A program made the translations under genes and the position numbers. Shown one piece after another: positions 34,128 to 44,609 of a stretch of DNA of 64,000 bases. The stretch is taken from assembly GCA_951406725.2 (NCBI GenBank), contig OX597816.1, positions 61,318,001 to 61,382,000 on the forward strand, given 5' to 3'. A model generated the notes under the pieces. It saw only the letters and a program-made list of their open reading frames with translations. It searched no databases and had not been told where the DNA came from. The DNA comes from Octopus vulgaris (taxonomy: Eukaryota). Each line of letters opens with the position of its first letter. The stretch's first letter is position 1.

Positions 34128-34415
34128 TCCTTCTCGAGCCACGCCTGACTCATAAGGGCCGGTTTCCTTGGTGTATAGGTTCCCCACCTGGACGGGACGC
34201 CGGTCCGTCACAGGTGAGCTGCAAGATACAGGAGGAAAGAGTGAGAGAAAGTTGTGGCGAAAGAGTCAGCAGAAGTTCGCCATTACCTTCTGCCAGAGCC
34301 GCGTGCAGCTTAGGTGTTTCGCTCATAAACATGCACATCGCCCGGTATGAGATTCGAACCAGCTATCCCACGACCGTGAGTTCACTGCTCTAACCACTAA
34401 GCCATGTGCCTCCAC
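34128..34415 (-). mobile_element. tRNA-derived SINE family D
   Basis: TSD taattttgtcagct / taatcttgtcagct. Confidence 0.9.
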
Positions 34416-35896
34416 TAATCTTGTCAGCTGGGTTGATTTAGAGGGCAACAGTAAGAGGGAGTATTCATATGACCCTATCACATTTTGATGCAAAAAACAA
34501 ATTGACAAGCCAACATGGTAGTCTTTTAAGATAAAAGAAGGAATCCACTACATGGTTGCTTGGCCTGCAAGAAATACAAATCAAGTCTCCATTAGATCCT
34601 CTTAAAGAAGGAAGGATGCATTGGTTAAACCAGCCACAGAAATATTGTGTCTACAGTCATCACAACTTAGTGCTAAGCTAGTTAATCTAAGTATTCTTGA
34701 ATACATTTTAAATAAGCAACAGAATGCATTAACGGCATTCTAGTGCATGGCAGGGAAGTAATTTGTCAAGGATTAACTATTGTTTAGGATTGCACTATTT
34801 TCTGCATCTGGGGCTGGAATCCAATGCTTAAGGAGCATCATTGGAAATATAATGAAAAAAAAAAAAAAAGAGAGGGCGAAAATAGACACCTACCCTACAA
34901 TGTCATTCACTGAAATCTTCAGGCTACAAGATAATGCATGCTTAATTGAAAATACTGTGATTATATAAGCATTGCATTTGACAAAGAAATCTGAATGTTA
35001 AAGAGTTAAAGGAATTAAACAGAAGTCAGTTTAACAGCACATTGCTTACAGTTGATATGCAGGAAACTGTTGGATTTGTATTTCATAGCAAGTGTCATTG
35101 TACAGTTGACTATAGTATATAATTTCGTTTTTGGATTTGGTTTGCAAGATTCTTTATGAGTTCATGTGTTGAAGCATATTCTGTTGTGTCTGGAGAGTCA
35201 TTTCAACGTAACACACTCACCAGTAATAGTCAAGACTATTGAATAGGTTGCAAGACGCAACGAAAAGTTTAGGAAAATAAAAATAAGAAATAAGTGGAAA
35301 TTTTACTGGTGAGTGTGTTACATTATAAGGCACAAAAAGAAAATGACTCTCCCCAGACACAACAGAATATTGTATATAACATATTCTATGTAATGAACAT
35401 CAAAAATCTATTTTGAATTAGTTATACAGTAAGAGATAAATGATATTAACTTCATAATTATTTTTTAACCATTTGGGCAATTATTTATTTTGGAGATAAT
35501 GTTTTCATAATCTCACTCAAATAGTTAAAATATTAAAAGAAAAATAAATACTCACTCTTTTACTACAAGTTTTTTAACTGTTGCTGAAAAAATAATCTAT
35601 AGCAATTTAGTTTTAGGTAGGCCATTGTTGTGAAAAAAAAAATACAGCAAACTGAAATAAATAAATAAAAGAAGGGATCTTTTCACTTTGACCTGTAGAT
35701 TTTTAAAATAATTTCTATGTAACTAAAAAGTTTTAAACTTCGTATACTGGTAGAATGTGTTTATAAAACATCTTTTTCTTTTGGCTTTCTTGAGAAAATT
35801 CTGTAGTTTGTAACATGTTTGTTGTTTAATTTCTTGCATTTCGGCAATTTCAACCAATCAATGACGTCTATTGAGGTGAAAACAATTTCTCCGTAA

Positions 35897-36197
35897 ACAT
35901 TTTCTGGCGGCGTCATATGAAAATGTCCCTGTTTTTTATGAGAAAAAAGATACCCTGTGGCCATAAACTGAGGGGTCACTCGTAAACAGAGCTGGATATC
36001 AAAACCGTTCCCTCTTTAGTGTCCACCCATAATTATGACCCTAGTATCGATCTACTGCATTTCAATCTGTTTTATGGTTAGGGGTGGGGGGAAGGATATC
36101 TTTTTTTCTTCAGAAATGTAAATAAACCCAATCTGTTTCTTAAACGAATATATAATATGTAACAGGGACATTTTCATATGACGCCACCAGAAAATGT
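35897..36197. mobile_element. MITE with about 37-bp TIRs
   Basis: acattttctggcggcgtcatatgaaaatgtccctgtt / aacagggacattttcatatgacgccaccagaaaatgt. Superfamily not assigned. Confidence 0.75.
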
Positions 36198-36262
36198 ATT
36201 TTGAGGAAAGAACCATGTCTTCAACATGTTTGGAGAAAAAACAACATCTGGGTTATATTATA

Positions 36263-36644
36263 TCTCTCTCTATATAAACGGCAGTTTGTCTGTGCGTTTT
36301 CTGTGTGTCTGTTTTCTCGTACCCTCATTCTGACCACGGCTTTCAACCGATTCTGATGAAACTTGACACACACATAGCCCAATGTCATAATTCAAAACTA
36401 ACGCAGCGAAAATTTTGAAAAGTTCCCCCAGTTCTGAAAAAATCGATAAATTCGACATGGGGTCGAGAATGAGAAACCCAAACCACAGACCGTCTAGGGG
36501 ACGCAACTCCACCTGTTTTAACTCTCAAAAAAATTTACCATCATTTTTTTTCCATTTTTTTGCTATTTTTTGGCTATAACTCTCTAAAAATGCTTTATAG
36601 TTATTTCCCTTACAAACCTGAGCAACGCCGGGCGATACTGCTAG
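36263..36644 (+). mobile_element. Non-autonomous Helitron
   Basis: A|TCtctctctatataaacggcag ... gagcaacgccgggcgatactgCTAG|T. Confidence 0.9.
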
Positions 36645-37471
36645 TAAATAATAAATGTATCAGTCTTTATAATTTAAATTGGCACTTATTACTGCTACGA
36701 AATGAGTACAAATTATATTTTCAAATTCAAGTGGAGTGAGAGTTTGATTTTTTTAAAGGATTATTGTATTTGCTCTTAAAATTTTTAAAGCTAATTCAAA
36801 TTGTTATACTGCAGATAACCTCTTTAAAAATCATTAACCACAGAAATTAATTGAAAGTAATTATATCTTATAAAAGTAAGAGATTAGATAATATTCCTTA
36901 CATAAACAATAACAGAAACACTGAGGGCAGATAGAAGAAACCGCTAACAATGGAAGTCTCTATCAGACATAGTAGAGTCAGTGATAACATACTTATTGTG
37001 ATTAACTGAAAAATTTTAATTAATTAAAGTTGCACCTGTAGTAAGAGGGGGAAAAAAATCATTAAGCTTAATGATCAATGTCAGGAAAAGCAAGTTCAAA
37101 ATTTAAATTGAAAAAAATTAACTAAACTTTGAATGGGGGTCTAAAGTGGGTGACAACTCCAAACATGTTTTCGTCTCATCAGACCTCCTCAGCTAAACAT
37201 AATCTTACCAACATTGCTTAACCTGAAGTGACTGAGAGATAATTATAGTGTTTTAGTAAATAAACATTGACTGGTGTGACAGAAAGAACCATATAGAGTC
37301 AAGTTGGTGTCAATATTGTTCACTGCATTGAATGTACCTAACTGTTGATTTTTTATGCAGATGATGTTTCTGAGGAATTAACCTTAATGATTTATTCCAC
37401 ATGCTAAATTATAAACATTAACATGTTACTATATCGTGTATTAGTAATACTTGCACGATTCTGAGGAAATA

Positions 37472-38032
37472 TCGGGTTGTCTGGAAAGTTCATGCCGATT
37501 TTTAAAGGCAAGAAAAAGGTCAATAAATACTTGCCATTACATTTTTAATCAACCAAATATGAACCATTTTGTTGCTCAATGCATCTTCATCTTTCCTTTA
37601 ACTTGAAAATACCCTCTTCCCAGAATTGAGGTGGTTTCAAAGCATTCATCAAGGTATCTTTTTACGTCATCCAAGGAATTGAAATTTTTACCATTAAGAC
37701 TATTCTGCAGAGACCTGAATAAGTGGAAATCCGAAGGAGCAATATCTGGTGAATATGGAGGGTGGGGTAACACATCCCAGCCAAGCTGCAGCAATTTTTG
37801 TCTGGTTCCCAAAGCATAAAGTGCCAAAAATGAACTTTCTTATCTTCCATTTTAAAGGGTTACAGAATTAACACAGGTTTTAGGAACATAAACCTTCTTC
37901 CACGAAAAGATAGCTTAAACTGTGCTCTAAATGGAAGTGTAGTCAAATCCTATTTTATGGATTCAACCATGTTCTAAAATAAGTTGAAAGGTAAGCAACT
38001 GTAAATCAGCACGAACTTTCCGGACAACCTAA
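37472..38032 (-). mobile_element. Internally deleted mariner element
   Basis: TIRs tcgggttgtctggaaagttcatgccgattt / aaatcagcacgaactttccggacaacctaa flanked by TA. ORF has WDVLPHPPYSPDIAPSDFHLFRSLQNSL. Confidence 0.92.
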
Positions 38033-38789
38033 TAATATTGGTGGAGGAGAGGAGGAATCGAAATATTGGAGAAGTGTGCACAGATGGATGTAATTTACCT
38101 AACAAAATAGTCTCTATGTAGTCACTCGACCTACTAGAAATAACAACAAAATCACTTTCCAGTCATACTTGAAGATCAGAGACTTGAAATGTTCTGGATT
38201 GCTAGACAGTATATCAGTGAGAATTGAGATCTTGTAGGAAAGAAGTGTGTGCAGATGGATAACGGTATGCTTGCACCTATTGATGTGGACAAGAAAGAGG
38301 CATAGGAAAGTTACTATGTGAGATTATTGAATCTAGAGAATGAATGGAACAAAGAGAGTATCCCTCATGTGAACCCAAAGGGATATTTGTATCGTACAAT
38401 CTTTCTATCACTCGAAGAGAGAAATCTTTCATAGTCAACAGTGGTAACAGCTCTTTGAATTTCCTCCATCCTACTCTTATTCAAATTATCATACTCTCTG
38501 TGCATCCTCTCCTACTAACAGAGCATTTCAGGTATGACTGGAAAGTGATTTTGTTGTTATTTCTAGTGGGTCGAGTGACTACATAGAGACTATATTGTTA
38601 GTTAAATTTTATCCATCAGTGCACACTTGTCCAAAATCTCGATTCTCACTGATACATTGTCTAGCAATCCAGAACATTTCAAATTTCTGATCTTCATGCA
38701 GTAGGACTTTGGCAAACCTCTTCTTTTTTGCTTCTACCCCAGCTAGATAAACTTGATGTCTAACCTCCTTTTAGCTTTCTGATATGATT

Positions 38790-40560
38790 CTTTGCTACTC
38801 CTAGTGGACATCAGTATGGAAGATAAAGCAATAAAAACTATGAAAACTGGCTCAAAATATCTGGTAAGGTTGGATATGGGCTAGTCACCTGCATAGTTAA
38901 TCAGGTCATTCAGGAAGGTGTAATATCCAAAGACAAGCATAGCAGCATTATTGTTAGTAGCTACAAGGGTAAGAGTAATGCTTTAGATAGATACAATTAT
39001 AGAGGCATAAAACTCCTGGATCAGGTGATAAAAATTATGGAGAGAGATATTAATTAGGAACAGAATTAGGCTAGGCAAAATGCAGTATGGCTTCGTCCAG
39101 AGAAGAAGCACTATCGATGCTTTTTTCATAGTTAGGCAACTGCAAGAGAAGTACTTAGCTAAGAATAAAACATTATATTTGGCAGTCATTGATTTAGAGA
39201 AAGCCTTTGAGAAAGTACCCTGCTGTGTGATATGGTGAGCTCTGAGGAGGCTAAGGATAGACAAGTAGTTGGTGGAAGCTGTACAGGCCATGTACAAAGA
39301 TGCTGTTAGTAAGGTGAGAGTTAACCACCAGTGATGAGTTTGGTGTACAGGTAGGGGTTCATCAAGGTTCACTCCTCAGTCCCCTCCTTTTCATCATTGT
39401 CCTTTAGGCCATAACAGAAGAATTCAAGACTAGCAGTCCATGGGAACTACCAAATGTTGATGGTCTTGCCCTCAAAGCAGATTCCATATTGTGGTGTCGG
39501 TGGAGAGGACGACAGATAGGGGAGGGCGGAAGTAGGGCTTGCAGGGCCCATGCGCGGCAGGAAGCGGTGAGGGACGATGCACGTGTGGCATCAACGAAGC
39601 GGCAGTTGGAGCTGAGACGAGGAAGCGACGAGACGCATTGACTTTGTTGAGAGAGATCTGATCTTCGCTGAGTTTGGTAGACTAATCTTCGCCGAGGTAA
39701 GACCTAATTATATTTCCTTTCTCCTTTTCTGTTGTCCTCTTCATCATTCACACCACACATATCAGAGCTAGAAGAGAAATTCCAGGTGCGGAAGCAAAAC
39801 CTGGATTCTAAGGTTAACTCAGTAAAGACTAAGGTCCTAGTAAGCAAGAAAACAGATAGGACCCTACCTACTTCAGGTAGGTGACCCTGTTTGATTTGCA
39901 TGGTGTACCCAGTCTAAGCTATTGACACACAAGAGGTGCAATGGATTAATAGTGAGGTTATCAGAGAAGGTAGTGTTTGTATGTGGAAGATGTACAGGAT
40001 CCATAAAAACTATTGAGACTCAGGAAATTGATTCTTTGAAATGCTCTGTTAGGAGGAGAGGATGCACAGAGAGTGATAATTTGAATAAGAGTAGGATGGA
40101 GGAAATTCAGAGAGCTGTTACCACTGTTGACTATGAAAGGTTTCTCTCTCCAGGTGATAGAAAGATTGTATGATACAGGTACATGGATAGTAATTCTACA
40201 TGGTAGTGAGACATGGGCCCTGAATGCAGAGGACATGTGATGGTTAGAGAGGAATTAGGCTAGTATGCTGTACTGGATGTATCATGTAAGCGTACATGTT
40301 CAGCAGAATGCTAGTGTATTGAGAGAGAAATTAAACATAAGAGGATTAGTCATGTGATGTGGAGGGATGCTGACAGTTCTATAAAGAAGTGCTGATCTCT
40401 CAAAATGGGAGACCCCAGGAAGACATGGGACAAAGTACTGTAGAACGACCCCAGGACATTGAACCTTTCAGGCAATATGACAAAGGATCGAGATGCCTAG
40501 CACCTGGCTTCACTCAAGAAGGCCCATACTCTGCAGCAAAATTGTTAAGACCAGTCTCCC
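38790..40560 (+). mobile_element. Decayed RTE-clade LINE (RT domain)
   Basis: QYGFVQRRSTIDAFFIVRQLQEKY, DLEKAFEKVP, VGVHQGSLLSPLLF, THKRC..FVCGRC, LHGSETW, with stops and frameshifts. Confidence 0.9.
39490..39757. mobile_element. Solo LTR (268 bp) inserted in the RTE
   Basis: TG..CA termini with inverted tgtggtgt / acaccaca. Perfect 5-bp TSD catat. GC/CpG-rich relative to flanks. Confidence 0.85.
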
Positions 40561-43500
40561 TAGTGGTGAAGATTGACCTGCAAGGGTCCTGAACTGGTGC
40601 CACGTAAAAAGCACTTGTAGTGGTGCCTTGTAAGATCGCCTGTGCAGGACCACATAAAAGTACCTGTGTGGTGCCATGTAAAAGCACCCAGCGCACTTTG
40701 TAAAGTGGTTGGCATTATGTAGGGCAGCTTGCTGTAGAAACCATCCCAGACAGGAGCCTGGTGCAGCTCTTCAATTTGGTAGCTTTGGTCGAACTGTCCA
40801 TGGACGAATGTCAAATGAGGATGATGATGTACATCATCCTCATTTAACATGTACATCATCATCATCATCATCGTTTAACGTCCGCTTTCCATGCTAGCAT
40901 GGGTTGGATGATTTTGACTGAGCGCTGGCGAACCAAATGGTTGCACCAGGCTCCGATCTTGATTTGGCAGAGTTTCTACAGCTGGATGCCCTTCCTAACG
41001 CCAACCACTCCGAGAATGTAGTGGATGCTTTTTATGTGCAATCGGCACGGGGGCCACTCAGGCAGTACTGGCAATGACCTCGCTCGAATCTTTTTACACA
41101 TGCCACCAGCGCAGGTGCCAGTAAGATCTGAACATTGACAATCTATTTGAAATTAAGGACTATTGATCTTGCAAGAAGTGCAAGTGGGATGATTTATTTA
41201 TTGTGTCCAAGGATAATCTTAGAGGTGCTATGACTAATATGGCTGAGAATAACTACCTCAGTGGAGTGTTCTGTATATTCAATACATGTTGGTATGCAAA
41301 AATACAGCATTCAAGACTGACACCAATATGTAAAAACCAAATACCGAGAGAAAAAAAAACAAAGAACTATCTGAGATAACTCATTGAGAAGATTGCAGAT
41401 GTCTACTGAAAAGACCTTAACTAATTATTTAATAATGATCCTGAACAGGTGTCTGTCATTTTATTGGCTGCAATTGTAAGGTGACAAAGTATAAAGATTA
41501 AAACATCTTAAAACAATATGCAATGTATTATAACAAATTTTAATGTCACAAAGGATAGAGGTCGCATAAATTCAGAAAGATAAGTCTTCCATCAAATCCT
41601 GCCTTGTACCCATTCATAACGTCTTGTAAGGCATGTTAAAGGGGAAAATATAAAAAGCGAAATTCGGTACATGGAAAGCGAAATCAGTATGTCAGCTGTT
41701 CGGAGTTAATCTTTACTAACATTCAATAAATTCATTCAACTCAAAAAATAGAATGGAATTAAATAAATAAATCGAATTGAACTAAAAACATTGAAATAAA
41801 GATGGTGTGAGCTAAGAGAGATTTGGTTGCTATTTCTTACAGATCTTATAACTACGTAGATGCTCCAGTGGTAGGTCCATTCAAAACTACTTAGTTAACA
41901 CCCCTTTAAGGAGCTTCTGCCTTGTGCTTTTGATTTGAAGAGTTTGCTGACAGTATAATTCTTAATTAGATTTAAAATATGTTGCGAAAAAAAATTGTTG
42001 AATTGAACTTATTTGTTTAGTAGACTGATCTGAAATCGTGTGTTCGGACATAAAAAATTGCATCACAAAAGCCTAAAAATACACACAAACACTTTATTCA
42101 TTTCTGCTATTGAAAATTGGCAGTATATTTGCTGAATCATTAAACTTTCAGGGGGAAAAAAAGGTAAACAAAGAAGTAAAAATTCTTTAACATTTCTTTC
42201 GACTAACGCGGCGAGCTGGCAAAAACGTTAGCACGCCTGGCGAAATGCCTAGTGATATTTCGCCCGCCTTTACGTTCTGAGTTCAAATTCCGCCGAGGTC
42301 GACTTTGCCTTTCATCCTAGCGGGATCGATAAATTAAATACCAGTTGCGTACTGGAGTCGATCTAATCGACTGGCCCTCTCCACCCCAATTTTCGGGCCT
42401 TGTGTATAGAGTAGAAAAGAACATTTCTTCCGACTTCTTACGTTTTTGGGCCCAAATCCCGCTGCGGTCAGTTTTGCCATTCATACTTTTAGAGTAGAAA
42501 AATATAGTCAAGTACAGCTATGATCTGAACATTGACAATCTATTTGAAATTAAGGACTATTGATCTTGCAAGAAGTGCAAGTGGGATGATTTATTTATTG
42601 TGTCCAAGGATAATCTTAGAGGTGCTATGACTAATATGGCTGAGAATAACTACCTCAGTGGAGTGTTCTGTATATTCATCTGTATATTCAATACATGTTC
42701 GGTAGCGTCTCACATATGAAATATAATGAGCTGAAGAACGTTGATCAATTAAAATTATCCGTGGAACTGATAGACAAGAAACTCCTTTGGATGTTTTAAA
42801 AAAATAGAAATCTAAGAACATCCAGCAAGATATATATCAATTGATTGAATTTTATTTGAAAATGTAGAAATTGTAGCATATGACTTGGTTGGGTCTTTGA
42901 AGCTTGCTGGAGAAAGTAATAAACATGTTTCAGTTTCATTAAACCTTTTCAGCAAATGATATCAGTTGGTGAGGAATGACACGGCGTTGATTATGAATAA
43001 CAGAAAAACCTGACTGAGTAATGTTCTGCATACTAAATACAAATACGTTTACATATGTATTGTAGAGTTCAAATCCACATCCATACTGAATCTTCAAACT
43101 CCTTTGCTCGGTGTTGTGGGTTTCAGATACTCTTAGAGGGAGGTTTTGTCAACTTATTCTTTTCTACTCTAGGCACAAGGCCCGAAATTTTGGGGGAGGG
43201 GGCCAGTCGATTAGATCGACCTCAGTACGCAACTGGTACTTAATTTATCGACCCCGAAAGGATGAAAGACAAAATTGACCTCCACGGAATTTGAACTCAG
43301 AACGTAGCGGCAGACGAAATACCTATTTCTTTACTACCCACAAGGGGCTAAACACAGAGGGGACAAATAAGACAGACAAACGGATTAAGTCGATTAGATC
43401 AACTCCAGTGAGTAACTGGTACTTAATTTATCGACCCCGAAAGGATGAAAGGCAAAGTCGACCTCGGCGGAATTTGAACTCGGAACGTAACGGCAGACGA

Positions 43501-44072
43501 AATACTGCTAAGCATTTCGTCCGGCGTGCTAACGTTTCTGCCAGCTCGCTGCCTTGTTTTTGTCAACTTATCGGCATGAATGATTTCAGTTATTTATTCT
43601 TTTTACATAACAATTATATGGGAGTCTCTGTCGTGTTATTAAAAATGTTGTTCATATAATTTACCAGTTTTGCTTAAAATGTTTTAAAATGCTCAAAATG
43701 TTCCCTTTATAAATAATAATGGGAACCAGAAAATGTTTGAAATATATTTCTAATTATTTATAACTTCAGCTTTTTAAGGTTAGAGAATAAATAGATTATA
43801 TTTTTGTAATCTTTCTTTTATATTTAATCTACAGGTAAAAAGTACTTAGTAATTTCGCAAGCATTTGTTTCCAACGAAAATATCATTTTGAGTCAGTTTA
43901 CTTAAAAAGATAATATCTTTAACATAAGCAGGTATTACTAGTTTTGTTTCCTTATTTCGAAGTTCATATTTGTAATATAAAATATCTCTCGAAAGCAATT
44001 TAACTTTCTATAAGTTACGGATTCCGCTCCTGTGTTACGTTTCGTGTTTTAGCAAAACCCTTTTTTCACATC

Positions 44073-44106
44073 ATGGCCGAGCAGTTAAATCTATCAAATT
44101 TCGAAG
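44073..44106 (+). CDS. EMC2: ER membrane protein complex subunit 2, coding exon 1 (MAEQLNLSNFE)
   Basis: ATG in catcATGG context, donor G|GTAAAT, phase 1 matches exon 2. N-terminal length fits EMC2. Confidence 0.8.
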
Positions 44107-44386
44107 GTAAATAATACTATTATACTGTTCATAGTTTTCATTTATTTTTCCTTTCAACTATGACGAATTATTTTTTTGAAATATTTGAATACAGACGTTC
44201 TAGTTTCTCTTCTCCAATAGGGGCAGATATACATAGAAGGCTGTTCCAGATGTAACACCGGGATTATTAAACATTTCGCTTAAATCGTTTCTTTTTCTTC
44301 TGTTTATTCCTATCTTGTACCCAATCCATTCTATTGATAATTAATTACACGATATATCTATTTTATCGCTTTTTATAATATCTGTC

Positions 44387-44609
44387 GGTACTACTTAAGA
44401 AGAGTGGTCCCGGTGCGCGCACTCGCTTATCCGCGCTAGCTTGTCATGACTAGTCGATCCTTTGTGTTTCTGTGTCCTATCTACTTTGTTTTAAAAAAAT
44501 TATTTATTTTGTGTTTTATTTACCTTGCTAGGTAGTCGTTGTAGGATCGACTAGTCACGACTAGCTAGCGCGTATGCGCGCACCGGGACCACTGTTCACT
44601 AGTAGTACC
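44387..44609. mobile_element. MITE with long imperfect TIRs, Merlin-like termini
   Basis: GGTACTACT..agtggtcccggtgcgcgca..gactagtcgatcc / ggatcgactagtc..tgcgcgcaccgggaccact..AGTAGTACC. Flanking direct repeat tatctgtc (8-9 bp TSD). Confidence 0.75.
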
